Source of the DNA: Candidatus Nitrosopelagicus sp.
GTDB lineage: Archaea; Thermoproteota; Nitrososphaeria; Nitrososphaerales; Nitrosopumilaceae
Assembly: GCA_028344155.1 (NCBI GenBank)
Contig: JAOMAI010000002.1
Location: forward strand, 4,751-68,750
Direction: 5' to 3'
Length of the DNA stretch: 64,000 nucleotides
The position numbers were made by a program, and so were the translations under genes. The notes under the pieces are model-generated. The model was not told the DNA's origin and did not search any database. It was given only the letters and a program-made list of their open reading frames with translations. Below are positions 50,223 to 59,694 of this stretch, piece by piece. The stretch's first letter is position 1, and each line of letters begins with the position of its first letter.

Positions 50223-51460
50223 TTACAGTCTAATGCTAAAACCCACTCTTTCACCAAATTAAGATTTGATCTTTTTTAGAATTTTATTCAAACATTTTTG
50301 AGGGTCTGATTCAAATTCAGTTTGCCAAAATCGTAAAACTTTGAATCCTTCTTTTTTCAATTGTCGATTTATTCGCATATCTTTTGCACGGATCATTTTT
50401 GCAGTTTGCGCTGGAACATGTCTTCCCTTTCGGTTATACTCATTCCAAATGATTACATCATCGGCATATTTTTTTGGATTTGCATGAAATCTATCACCAT
50501 CTACAAAAATACAAATATCTGGTTTAATGAAAACGTCTGGCTGTCCTAACATTTTCTTATGTGTATCAAATTTTATCTTTGAATCACGTAATAGTTTCTG
50601 CATTGCTTTTTCAGGCTTTGTATCTATTTTTGGAGTTTTGAATCCTTGTCGTGCTAATGATAATTTTTTCCTGTATTCTGGAGTGAATTTTGTTTTTGCA
50701 AGTCTTTGTTGAGCTATTGACATACTCTTTCTTGCTTCTGCTGTGTGTTTTCTACCAAGATTGACTTTTCTCATAATCTCAATTTGTTCGGGATGTTCTT
50801 TGTAGTATTTCTTTTGAGCAATAGAAAATTTCTTTCGTTCCGCTTCTGTTGCTTTTCTACCTTTATTCCATGGATCAGGCATCATGCCTTTTGTTCCAGT
50901 ATTCCATGGCTTAGTTCCTTTTTTGAATAATTTTCCTGCCTTCTTCAGATTTTTTTGAACATCTTTTCTAGCCATTGCTTTTTTTGTTGATGATGAAATA
51001 TTCTCTAATTGTTCTTTAGAATAGACGTTAGTTTTGCCCTTGTTCCACGGTTGTTTTCCATTGGCGTATGCCTGTCTTACTTTTTCTGATATTTTTTTTC
51101 TGTCAGCAGCACTATGCTTTATTCCATACATAGGATGATTTTTTCCAGTCATTTTACGGATTTTTCCTTCAGCGAACATTTTTTTTCTAGTTTCTGACAT
51201 TTTCTTTCGTGTTGCTTCAGAAATTGGTTGTCGTTTTTTTCCAGATTCACTGATTTTTTTTCTTGATTTTTTAGTATGACGAAATCCTTTTGGCAGTCCC
51301 ATTATTTCACTAAGTTTGTTATTTAGTTAAGATTTTCCAGAAAAAAATGCATTGAATGACCACTTTCCAAAAGAGTATCAGTCACGAAAAGTGGTCAAAG
51401 CTGATCAAATAGCTAGTGAGTCTAAACCATCTAGTATTTGGCACACCCCCGGCATTACAG
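50212..51460. mobile_element. 1.2 kb insertion bounded by the 17-bp direct repeat CACCCCCGGCATTACAG (50212..50228 and 51444..51460)
   Basis: Exact duplication of the tRNA-Met 3' end plus trailer, enclosing a single endonuclease gene. Confidence 0.8.
50259..51302 (-). CDS. NUMOD3-repeat, Vsr/DUF559-like endonuclease (homing endonuclease-like)
   Basis: Repeated H[ST]...RKK[IM]S and PWNKG modules; C-terminal DTKPE, GQPDVF, FVDGDRFH, GFKVLRFW. Confidence 0.85.
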   Translation of the reverse strand: MGLPKGFRHTKKSRKKISESGKKRQPISEATRKKMSETRKKMFAEGKIRKMTGKNHPMYGIKHSAADRKKISEKVRQAYANGKQPWNKGKTNVYSKEQLENISSSTKKAMARKDVQKNLKKAGKLFKKGTKPWNTGTKGMMPDPWNKGRKATEAERKKFSIAQKKYYKEHPEQIEIMRKVNLGRKHTAEARKSMSIAQQRLAKTKFTPEYRKKLSLARQGFKTPKIDTKPEKAMQKLLRDSKIKFDTHKKMLGQPDVFIKPDICIFVDGDRFHANPKKYADDVIIWNEYNRKGRHVPAQTAKMIRAKDMRINRQLKKEGFKVLRFWQTEFESDPQKCLNKILKKIKS

Positions 51461-51472
51461 ATTTTTTTGTTC

Positions 51473-52294
51473 TTAAGAAAATTTTGTGAATATATATGGA
51501 GTTTCAGTTGTTTGATCAAAGCTCCATACAGTCGGAAGCGAATTAGATTGAATTATTTTAAGACCAGTATTATTAATTAACTTTCTCCATCCTCCATCTT
51601 TTGTATCATTAACAGAATATTTTTCAGAGTAACTTCCAGTCAGAACCATACATGTTTTTTCTTTTAGATTATTATTCAAATTTGAAATAATATTACTGGC
51701 CAATACATCACCACCCATCTGAGGTAAGCCTCCGATAAAAAATGCAGGTTGAGTGAGTTTCAGAGAATCATAGTCAAATGTTACTGCGTCAGAACAAATG
51801 GGATTAAAATCAATCAATGTTTTTTTAGAAATGTAATTTTGTAAGTCAACTAACATATTATCAATTTCAATTCCATATGCATTTAATCCCAAGATTTTTC
51901 CACAGTATGCAATACGACCATCTCCAGAACCAATATCAAGTACTTCTTTGTAATTTAGAATTTTTGCTATAGACGTAATTATGTATGCAGTTAACATCCA
52001 TGTTGGGGAAAATGGCTGAGTACTTGACTCATGACCAATGCTATTTAACCAATACTTGTTAATGTCACCTTCATAAATCATATAATTAACATCATTAATT
52101 TTTTCTTCAAATGTATTATAGTAAATAGAATTATTTTGTAAAAAGTAATGAAGAGAATCAAGATCATTTTGAGGTATAGGAAAAATATCAGATTCAGATA
52201 GTGGTAAAATTTCTTGTATATGACTAGTTCCAGAATAAATACGTCTGAATTCCTGTTTTAGATTTACAAGATTTTTAGAAATAGTTTCAATCAT
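51473..52294 (-). CDS. SAM-dependent methyltransferase-like protein
   Basis: PFSPT, VLDIGSGDGRI, GIEID. Confidence 0.7.
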   Translation of the reverse strand: MIETISKNLVNLKQEFRRIYSGTSHIQEILPLSESDIFPIPQNDLDSLHYFLQNNSIYYNTFEEKINDVNYMIYEGDINKYWLNSIGHESSTQPFSPTWMLTAYIITSIAKILNYKEVLDIGSGDGRIAYCGKILGLNAYGIEIDNMLVDLQNYISKKTLIDFNPICSDAVTFDYDSLKLTQPAFFIGGLPQMGGDVLASNIISNLNNNLKEKTCMVLTGSYSEKYSVNDTKDGGWRKLINNTGLKIIQSNSLPTVWSFDQTTETPYIFTKFS

Positions 52295-52751
52295 TCTTTA
52301 AACCAAGTTCATATTGTTCAACAAATTCTTTAGTACTCATTAATTCACGTAGTTTTTTGTATAGTAATGCCTCTTTTTCAATAGTTACTTTAGTTTTTTG
52401 TTCAGAATTTTGTCCAAGTGATTTGAGACTTTCAGTAGAATTTTGAATTGAATTTGTTAATTGAGTTAATATTTCAGGATGAAGAGATTTTGTAAAATTA
52501 TCAACTAGATATTTTTCAATTTCTTCTATTTTATCTAATAATTTTTTATGTTCAGATTTATCAGAATTCTTAAAATCATTTTTGAGTTTTTTGGCCAGAG
52601 TTTGAACCACGGCTGCCTGATAATATAGGTTGATTATATCAGATATGCTTTTTTCATTAATTTTAGATATGCTTTCGATGGTTTTCCGTAGCTTTTCTAA
52701 TTCAGAAGTAACAAGTTGTAATGAATTCTCGATTGATAAATCTGGAACCAT
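52287..52751 (-). CDS. Hypothetical helical protein
   Basis: 154 aa ORF overlapping the methyltransferase start. Confidence 0.65.
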   Translation of the reverse strand: MVPDLSIENSLQLVTSELEKLRKTIESISKINEKSISDIINLYYQAAVVQTLAKKLKNDFKNSDKSEHKKLLDKIEEIEKYLVDNFTKSLHPEILTQLTNSIQNSTESLKSLGQNSEQKTKVTIEKEALLYKKLRELMSTKEFVEQYELGLKND

Positions 52752-52844
52752 ATAGGAACATTATTTCATGTATTTTTATTTCATTCATACGACATGAACC
52801 TCATGACTCTAATGGATTAAATAATTGAAAATTATGATTTTCAT

Positions 52845-53879
52845 ATGACAAAAAAAGTTGCAATAATGAAAGGTGACGGAATCGGACCAGAAATTGTAGA
52901 TGCAATGACTGGAATTTTAAAAGAATGTAATTTGCAAGCAGAAATGGTATTTTGCGACGCAGGATCTGAACAATGGGAAGAAAATGGTAGAAAAGATACA
53001 TCATACATTCCTGATTCAACTATGCAAACATTAGAAGAAGTTGATGCATGTTTCAAAGGACCAACTACAACCATACCAGTACCAGGAGCCCCAAGAAGCG
53101 TTGCAGTAACTTTAAGACAAAAATTTGAATTATTTTCAAATATCAGACCAGTAAAAACTTTCAAAAGACTTACACCAAATAGAGATGTGAATTTTGTATG
53201 TTTTAGAGAGGCAACAGAAGGATTGTACACCGGTGTTGAAACACAGCTAAATGAAGATACAGCAATTGCAATTAGAAAAATTTCAAGAAAAGGATGTGCA
53301 AGATTTATGGATTCAGCTCTTGATTGGGCAAAAAAGTACGAATTGAACAAAGTTGTAGCAATAACAAAACGTAATATTTTAAAAAAAACAGATGGTTTAT
53401 TCTTTGAAGAAGTACAAAATTCATTAGAAAAATATCCAAATATGGAATTACAAGAAATTTACATTGATAATATGGCACAACAGTTAGTTATCAATCCAGA
53501 ACAGTTTAACAACTCAGTATTGGTAAGCACAAATTTATTCATGGATATAATTTCAGAGCTTGCTTCAGGAATTGTAGGTTCAATTGGATTGATTTATTCA
53601 TCTAATATGGGAAAAGATTATGCAATGTTTGAAGCAGCACACGGAAGTGCACCATCATTCAAAGGTCAGAATAAAGTTAATCCTACCGCTACGGTGCTTG
53701 CTGGTGCATGGATGGCAGATTATTTAGGAGAAAGAGACATCAGAGATGCAATATTTGATGCGACTGAACAGATAATCAATGAAGGAAAATATGTTACATT
53801 CGATATCGGAGGAGATGCCACAACTACTCAGATGTCAGAACAGATTACAAATCTTGCAAAATCAAATTTACGAAAGTAA
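52845..53879 (+). CDS. Isocitrate/isopropylmalate dehydrogenase family enzyme
   Basis: GDGIGPEI, FREATEGLY, IDNMAQQL, FEAAHGSAP, NPTA. Confidence 0.9.
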   Translation: MTKKVAIMKGDGIGPEIVDAMTGILKECNLQAEMVFCDAGSEQWEENGRKDTSYIPDSTMQTLEEVDACFKGPTTTIPVPGAPRSVAVTLRQKFELFSNIRPVKTFKRLTPNRDVNFVCFREATEGLYTGVETQLNEDTAIAIRKISRKGCARFMDSALDWAKKYELNKVVAITKRNILKKTDGLFFEEVQNSLEKYPNMELQEIYIDNMAQQLVINPEQFNNSVLVSTNLFMDIISELASGIVGSIGLIYSSNMGKDYAMFEAAHGSAPSFKGQNKVNPTATVLAGAWMADYLGERDIRDAIFDATEQIINEGKYVTFDIGGDATTTQMSEQITNLAKSNLRK

Positions 53880-54425
53880 GTGATTTACTCGTACAATAAT
53901 TAGTTCTTCATAAAATAATTTCTTTTTAGATATAATTTTGGCTTCAAAATTTTTAGATTTTACAAAATCTATCAATCCCATATAATCAGATAACGATGAT
54001 GTTACAAAAAGAAATTGTCCTTTTTGAGATAAATTTGGTAAGGCAGAATTTATGATTTCTATAGGTATTTCCAATCCATCTTTGCCGCCGTCAGTCGCAA
54101 CATCAATAATTTCATCAGTTGCAAGATATGGAAGATTACAAATTATTAAATCAAAAGTTTGATTTAATGCATCAGCGGAGTGACAGCATATTACATTTTG
54201 AGTTTTATAATTTTGTTCAAGAAGAGTGTTGAAACTAATATCAGTGCCAATCACAAGATCAAAAGTAGATTTTAAAACATCTGTCAGATATCCGGAACCA
54301 CATCCAATATCTAATGCAGATTTTCCACTTAGACCCTTTAACTGATCTGCAAGAAAAAATGTGTCTTCAGCAGGCAGATATTGTTCAGATTTTTCTAATT
54401 TTTTTTGCAAATTTGATAATTTCAT
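53868..54425 (-). CDS. HemK/MTQ2-like methyltransferase
   Basis: YLPAEDTF, LDIGCGSG, NLPY, DGGKDG. Confidence 0.85.
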   Translation of the reverse strand: MKLSNLQKKLEKSEQYLPAEDTFFLADQLKGLSGKSALDIGCGSGYLTDVLKSTFDLVIGTDISFNTLLEQNYKTQNVICCHSADALNQTFDLIICNLPYLATDEIIDVATDGGKDGLEIPIEIINSALPNLSQKGQFLFVTSSLSDYMGLIDFVKSKNFEAKIISKKKLFYEELIIVRVNHLLS

Positions 54426-55089
54426 TATTTTCCATCTCTTCTAGTCTCTGATTAGACTCTATTTCTATTCCTAATTTTTTTCCTATATTTTGAAGTTTTT
54501 TCCTTCTAAATGAGAACATTAGATTTACAGATTGAATCAGTTGTTTTGAAAATGTATCTTTTCTTGAAAATGACATTATGGCAGAATCAATTTTTGGGTT
54601 TGGAGTAAAATTCTCTTTGCCAATTTTTTTTAAAATTTTCATCTCAAATCCTGATTGTGCTAATACAGATATTGCCTTTCGTTCTTGTTTTTCAGCTAAT
54701 AGTTTTTTTGCAAAATCATATTGGACCATCACTATTCCATATGTGAATTTATTCATAAGCATCCATTGAATAGCTTTTTTGCTTTCCGAATATGGTAAAT
54801 TTGAAACAAAAATATCAAATTTTTCATTTTGTTTAAATCCATCACCATAGATGATATTTAGATTTTTAGTTTCAGAGAATTTGGTAATAGTTTCCTCATA
54901 AAGTCGATGATCTTTTTCAACAGAAATTACATTTTTTGATTTTTCACAAAGAAATGGAGTAAGAATTCCTTTACCAATTCCAATTTCATAAACAATGTCA
55001 TTTTTTGATATTTTTGCTGAATCAACAATGAATTTTGCAATTGATTTTGAATTAAGAAAATTTTGCCCTAATTTTTTTCTAATACTCAT
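54385..55089 (-). CDS. rsmA: 16S rRNA dimethyladenosine transferase
   Basis: LGQNFL, EIGIGKG, SNLPY, F.PNPKIDS, FRRK. Confidence 0.9.
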   Translation of the reverse strand: MSIRKKLGQNFLNSKSIAKFIVDSAKISKNDIVYEIGIGKGILTPFLCEKSKNVISVEKDHRLYEETITKFSETKNLNIIYGDGFKQNEKFDIFVSNLPYSESKKAIQWMLMNKFTYGIVMVQYDFAKKLLAEKQERKAISVLAQSGFEMKILKKIGKENFTPNPKIDSAIMSFSRKDTFSKQLIQSVNLMFSFRRKKLQNIGKKLGIEIESNQRLEEMENNEIIKFAKKIRKI

Positions 55090-55661
55090 TTTTTGACAAA
55101 TAGTCTAAACTGAGTTTCTCCGGAAATTTCTTCAATAATTCTTTTAGATAGATGGTTTACAGGATCTTTTATTCCTGCACGAGATTCAAGATCTTCGTAG
55201 TTATCAAATTTCTTTTTATTAATTTCATTAATTATTACCTTGAGGTATGTTTTTCCAATTCCAGGAATTAGTTCAAGTGAATGTTTTCTAGGCGTTAATG
55301 GCTGTGCATTATTAATATAATTTACAAATCGTGATTCATTATTTGTGACAATTGTAGATACGACATTATTTAATTCAGTTTGAGCAGAGTCAGTGATTTG
55401 TTCATAATCTAACTTTCCCAACACTGATTGAACTTTAGTCCTTCCTTCTTTACCGATGTAAATTTTTTCTCCAATTTCAAATTCAGATTCATCTAATCCA
55501 AGAATTTCAAGTAATGTCAAACGTTCTTCACCTAATGCAGTTACAATAATTCCATCCCGTCCACGTACAGTTTTTGATCTACCACGAGATGTAAAATCTA
55601 TAACATATGCATATTCTTCATATTTTCGTGATTGGGGTGTTCCCATTTCCAAAAAAATCAC
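55086..55661 (-). CDS. DUF655 family RNA-binding protein
   Basis: EEYAYVIDF, PLTPRKHSLELIPGIGK; conserved rpl21e-rpo4-DUF655-rsmA order. Confidence 0.88.
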   Translation of the reverse strand: MIFLEMGTPQSRKYEEYAYVIDFTSRGRSKTVRGRDGIIVTALGEERLTLLEILGLDESEFEIGEKIYIGKEGRTKVQSVLGKLDYEQITDSAQTELNNVVSTIVTNNESRFVNYINNAQPLTPRKHSLELIPGIGKTYLKVIINEINKKKFDNYEDLESRAGIKDPVNHLSKRIIEEISGETQFRLFVKK

Positions 55662-55669
55662 CTAAAGTT

Positions 55670-55996
55670 TTAGCTGTTATCCTTGATAATTTTAAGAATT
55701 TTTTCTAAAGTTTCAGTGAGAATTAGTTTTTTCCATCCAAAAGTAAACGAACGTAATTCAGACATTGTGTTTGGACATATGTTGATTAATTCAACAGCCT
55801 CTTCTTCAGTAATGTTACAATCTTTTACTAATTGTTGTTTCATTTTTTTTGCAGAGTCAGCCTCCAAGCTTGAAACTTTGGAAACATAATCAAAGGTCCA
55901 TCTTTGAATTTGATCCATGTTTTCAGGATCTTGATTTTTCAATAATTCTTTTACTTCAGATAATGAAACTGCTACTTTCTTTTTTACTTCTTCCAT
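55670..55996 (-). CDS. rpo4: RNA polymerase subunit Rpo4 (RpoF)
   Basis: EEEAVELINICP..ELR; operon position. Confidence 0.88.
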   Translation of the reverse strand: MEEVKKKVAVSLSEVKELLKNQDPENMDQIQRWTFDYVSKVSSLEADSAKKMKQQLVKDCNITEEEAVELINICPNTMSELRSFTFGWKKLILTETLEKILKIIKDNS

Positions 55997-55997
55997 A

Positions 55998-56297
55998 TTA
56001 TACACCGAATGGTTTGATATGGTCTAATCTAGTGATTAAAGTTTTTGATTTTTCACCTAATTTTACATCTAAAACTACATGTCGTCTACCTACTTCAGTA
56101 ACAAGTCCCACTTTTCCATGATAACGTCTGTGAGGTAATCCTTTGTGTTGTGCTGGATCAATTTGAACTAGAGCTCTGTCACCAACATTATACTCTCTCA
56201 ACATGAAAGATACTCCACGAGGACCTTTCTTTGTCATTACAGATCGTGATTTATGTTTAAATCCATGAGAACGACCAGATGTCTTTTTAGTTGCCAT
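55998..56297 (-). CDS. rpl21e: 50S ribosomal protein L21e
   Basis: HKGLPHRRYHGKVG. Confidence 0.95.
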   Translation of the reverse strand: MATKKTSGRSHGFKHKSRSVMTKKGPRGVSFMLREYNVGDRALVQIDPAQHKGLPHRRYHGKVGLVTEVGRRHVVLDVKLGEKSKTLITRLDHIKPFGV

Positions 56298-56390
56298 ATT
56301 AAAAAAAATACTCGCTTTCCCTTATTTTAAGACTAGTATGGGATTTGGTAGGAAATTGGAGATATAAAATGAAAAGAGGAAGGATTGAGA

Positions 56391-57581
56391 CTATTTCAAA
56401 TCAGTTGATTCAGAATCTATTGGTTCTGCGCTAATATCAGGAGTTTCGGTAACTTCTTCTTTAGGCTCAGAATCTATTGGTTCTGCGCTAATATCAGGAG
56501 TTTCGGTAACTTCTTCTTTAGGCTCAGAATCTATTGGTTCTGCGCTAATATCAGGAGTTTCGGTAACTTCTTCTTTAGGCTCTGACTTTTTTGTGGTCTT
56601 CTTTTTCTTTGTTGTTGCATCTTCTGGATCAATTACACCTGCTTCACCTAATGCAAAGACTACATCCATTTCTGGGTGATGTGGACTATCAACCATTCTT
56701 GCAATTCTCTTTTTACCAGATTTCTTAAAGTAAATTCGGTATGTGCTTGTATGTGCAACCACATTACCTCCAACAGGTCTTGTTGGATCACCAAAGAATT
56801 GGTCAGGAGAATGCATTACCTGGTTTGTTGCAAGTGCCGCAACATTGTATGTTTCAGCCAATCTAACTAACAAATGGACAAATTTGTTTAGTTTTTGTTG
56901 ACGTGTTGCTAGAGTACCTCTTCCAAGGTATTCAGATCTAAATAGACCAACTGCAGAATCTGCTACAACTAATTTGATATTGTGTTCTTTTATCAAAGTA
57001 CTGGCTTCTTCAAGAATGAGAATTTGATGAGAGCTGTTATAAGCTCTTGCAACAATAATGTTGTCAAGTACTTTTTCAGGATCCATTCCATTTGCTTGTG
57101 CAATTGAAACTATTCTTTCAGGTCTGAAAGTATTTTCACTATCGATGTACAATACACCACCTTCAAGACCACCTTCTTGTTTTTGTTTTTGGACTTGTAC
57201 ACACATTGTGTGACAAAATTGTGTTTTGCCACATCCAAATTCTCCATAGACCTCAGTCAATGCTTGAGTTTCTACTCCACCAGCAAATAGTGTATCAAGA
57301 GCTTCAGTTGCAGTGGTAATTTTACCAATCGACTGTCTCTTTTTGTATAACTCGTTTGCACTAACAAAATCTTTCTGAATTAATCCACCTTCAACTAGAC
57401 CTTCTCTTGCTTTTTCTACAAGTTTTCCTGCAGTATCAATATCCATACTTGTAAGTTCGGCTATCTCTACAGGACCTCTGACTACTAGATCCATAATATT
57501 ATGAATTCCAGCATCATTGAGCTTTCTAGTTGTTACTGGACCAACACCGGCCAGACTTTCTAAAGTTATTTCTTCAGTCAT
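56391..57581 (-). CDS. radA: DNA repair/recombination protein RadA with repetitive acidic tail
   Basis: GEFGCGKTQ, YIDSENTFRPER, ARAYNS, RSEYLGRG, RIARMVDSP. Confidence 0.97.
   Translation of the reverse strand: MTEEITLESLAGVGPVTTRKLNDAGIHNIMDLVVRGPVEIAELTSMDIDTAGKLVEKAREGLVEGGLIQKDFVSANELYKKRQSIGKITTATEALDTLFAGGVETQALTEVYGEFGCGKTQFCHTMCVQVQKQKQEGGLEGGVLYIDSENTFRPERIVSIAQANGMDPEKVLDNIIVARAYNSSHQILILEEASTLIKEHNIKLVVADSAVGLFRSEYLGRGTLATRQQKLNKFVHLLVRLAETYNVAALATNQVMHSPDQFFGDPTRPVGGNVVAHTSTYRIYFKKSGKKRIARMVDSPHHPEMDVVFALGEAGVIDPEDATTKKKKTTKKSEPKEEVTETPDISAEPIDSEPKEEVTETPDISAEPIDSEPKEEVTETPDISAEPIDSESTDLK
56410..56582. repeat. Perfect 57-bp tandem repeat, three copies, in the radA 3' end
   Basis: Units start at 56410, 56467 and 56524; encode SEPKEEVTETPDISAEPID. 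Confidence 0.95.
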
Positions 57582-57600
57582 ACTGTAAGGTACGGTACCA

Positions 57601-57618
57601 GTACTTTATAACCATTTT
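57601..57618 (-). promoter_or_regulatory. Putative BRE/TATA promoter of radA
   Basis: Minus strand AAAATGGTTATAAAG, about 25 nt upstream of the ATG. Confidence 0.5.
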
Positions 57619-57657
57619 GTTTTAGAAAATTTAAATTTAAAATCAATAAATTGGAGC

Positions 57658-57861
57658 CTAACGACGTCTTCGTCTTTGTGCACTTGCTTTGTTTTGACCT
57701 GGCATTTTTCCGACTAGTCCTTTTTCAACTAGAACAAATCGTTTATTGTAATTACTTTTGTTACGCAATTTTGAGTTTGTTCCAACGATCTTTCTTCCCT
57801 CTACTTTAGGAGTCTGACCTCTTACTTTGCCTGCTTTTGTAAGCGAACCGTGTGTTGCCAT
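57658..57861 (-). CDS. rps30e: 30S ribosomal protein S30e
   Basis: HGSLTKAGKVRGQTPKV. Confidence 0.95.
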   Translation of the reverse strand: MATHGSLTKAGKVRGQTPKVEGRKIVGTNSKLRNKSNYNKRFVLVEKGLVGKMPGQNKASAQRRRRR

Positions 57862-57900
57862 ACAATTACGCTAAAATTTAGGAATTTATGTATTTGGGAA

Positions 57901-59637
57901 TTACCAATATTCGGCTTTAATTTTCTCTATAACACGCTCATGTTCAGGACCTTTTCTTCGGGCATATCTTTCCATAGCGCCTAATGGAACGCCACCTAAG
58001 GAACGTGCAAGTCCATTAAATGCGGTAGCCTTGAGTTTTCCTGCTGCACCGTGTTTTCCAGTTCTAGTCATGAATTTTTGAATTCCATACTTGAAGTTAT
58101 GTTGCCAAGTCTTGTACATGACACCTAATTGAGTTGGGTCACCATCTTGACCCATATCATAAAATTCTGATTTTTCAAGTAATCCTATTGGAACAAATGT
58201 TAAAGGAGTGGCAGTAAACATTGCTTCTGGCTGTTCTCTTTCTAATTCACTGATTAATCGAATTGTCTCCCATCCATCTTCGGGTTGTTCATCATTGTCG
58301 AGACCCATAATCAAAGTAAATGCAGGAATCCAATAATTTTCATTAAGAGTTTTTACACCTTCTTTCACAACCCAGTGCCATTCGTCAGGACTATATGGTG
58401 CAAGTTTTCTATCGGCATATTTTTCAATTAATCTTGTACTACCAGTTTCAAATCCACATTGAATACCTGTTAGATTATCAGGACCCGCATTTGTAATTTT
58501 TGAGAGGCTTGGTAGAAGATATTCATCTGCAATTGCACCTGAAAGTGTTCCATGAGTTGGGTTGGTATGTTTTACACCAGTAGACATTATTGCTTTAAAC
58601 AAATCTTCTAATGCATCTCGATTTGGTTCCATGTTTTTGGCAGTTCGTATATCCATTCCATAAACAAAAATATCATCACTATGAATCCAGGCTCTATCCA
58701 TTCCACCTTTCTTAATATTTACTTCAATCTCTTTTTTCACTTTTTCAGGAGAATAATATCTCAAAGAACGAAGTGTTACATCACAAAATTTACATCCACG
58801 ACCACAACCACGCATCACCTCAACCATTCCATGCATACTTGGCTCTACAATTTCAGGAATATCATCTAATTCAGGTCTATCCCAGAAATTAACAAATCTT
58901 CCATGATACGTGTTATCACCACGTTTGTATTCTTTAATATCAACTTTGAAATCTTTTCTTTTTCTGAAAGGATCCATATTTTCAAATTGTCCATCTATCA
59001 GATAATCGAAAAATCTTCCAGCATGCCCATCTATTTCAGGAGCTATACCTCCTAATTCCCCTTCTAAAATTGCATAGAGTCCATATTCTTCAATTTTTTC
59101 GGGAGCATAGTTGTATTGCCATGTGCCAGATGCACCAGCAATTACTTTAGCATGACTACCATTCTTTTTCTTTGCTGCATTAATTCTATGATGTAATTCT
59201 GCATTGTAAAATTCATCATAAGATGTTTGTTTACGTCCAAAAGTAAAGGTCATGGTTACAGGACCCATTCCTAGAGGATCCATTTCATAAGTTCCAACAA
59301 CTTCTGTTTCAGGACCAATGAATTTTTCAATATGATTTGGATGTGCAATTACTACATCTTTTCGTGCATATCCATCACGCAGTAATCCAGCCTCAACTTT
59401 TCGTAATCCATATGGAGCATATTTGGCTACACCGTTAATGTCAGGTGACCAATTACAAATAAAATCAAATAGTATTTTTGGAGTAACTTGATTTTTTAAT
59501 ATCTTATACCAAAAACTGTTTTTATCACGATTAGGATCAATTGCAGGAGCACATCCAAAAAAGGTCGCAAGAGAAATTCCCCTATAAGGAGACATCAAAG
59601 TTCTATCAGCGGTTAAAACTATCTTTGGAGTTGCCAT
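57901..59637 (-). CDS. Radical SAM protein
   Basis: RGCGRGCKFC CxxxCxxC; N-terminal APYGLRKVEA domain. Confidence 0.9.
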   Translation of the reverse strand: MATPKIVLTADRTLMSPYRGISLATFFGCAPAIDPNRDKNSFWYKILKNQVTPKILFDFICNWSPDINGVAKYAPYGLRKVEAGLLRDGYARKDVVIAHPNHIEKFIGPETEVVGTYEMDPLGMGPVTMTFTFGRKQTSYDEFYNAELHHRINAAKKKNGSHAKVIAGASGTWQYNYAPEKIEEYGLYAILEGELGGIAPEIDGHAGRFFDYLIDGQFENMDPFRKRKDFKVDIKEYKRGDNTYHGRFVNFWDRPELDDIPEIVEPSMHGMVEVMRGCGRGCKFCDVTLRSLRYYSPEKVKKEIEVNIKKGGMDRAWIHSDDIFVYGMDIRTAKNMEPNRDALEDLFKAIMSTGVKHTNPTHGTLSGAIADEYLLPSLSKITNAGPDNLTGIQCGFETGSTRLIEKYADRKLAPYSPDEWHWVVKEGVKTLNENYWIPAFTLIMGLDNDEQPEDGWETIRLISELEREQPEAMFTATPLTFVPIGLLEKSEFYDMGQDGDPTQLGVMYKTWQHNFKYGIQKFMTRTGKHGAAGKLKATAFNGLARSLGGVPLGAMERYARRKGPEHERVIEKIKAEYW

Positions 59638-59694
59638 TTTTTACCTACTCGGCTTGAAAAATCATTTATTTTAAACCTTGCTTGGGTTCTATTG

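Noticed and set aside
27430-50228. The large island as a tRNA-Met-integrated element
   Set aside because: The only second copy of the tRNA 3' end I found is at 51444, on the other side of the tRNA; core genes separate the island from the tRNA
45949-51439. CATCTAGTATTT shared between the MCM-like upstream region (45949) and the right end of the tRNA insert (51428)
   Set aside because: A single AT-rich 12-mer match is expected by chance in 64 kb; only worth revisiting if the TAGTAT motif is validated
56410-56582. 57-bp repeats as a CRISPR or non-coding array
   Set aside because: Contiguous, spacer-less and in frame within radA
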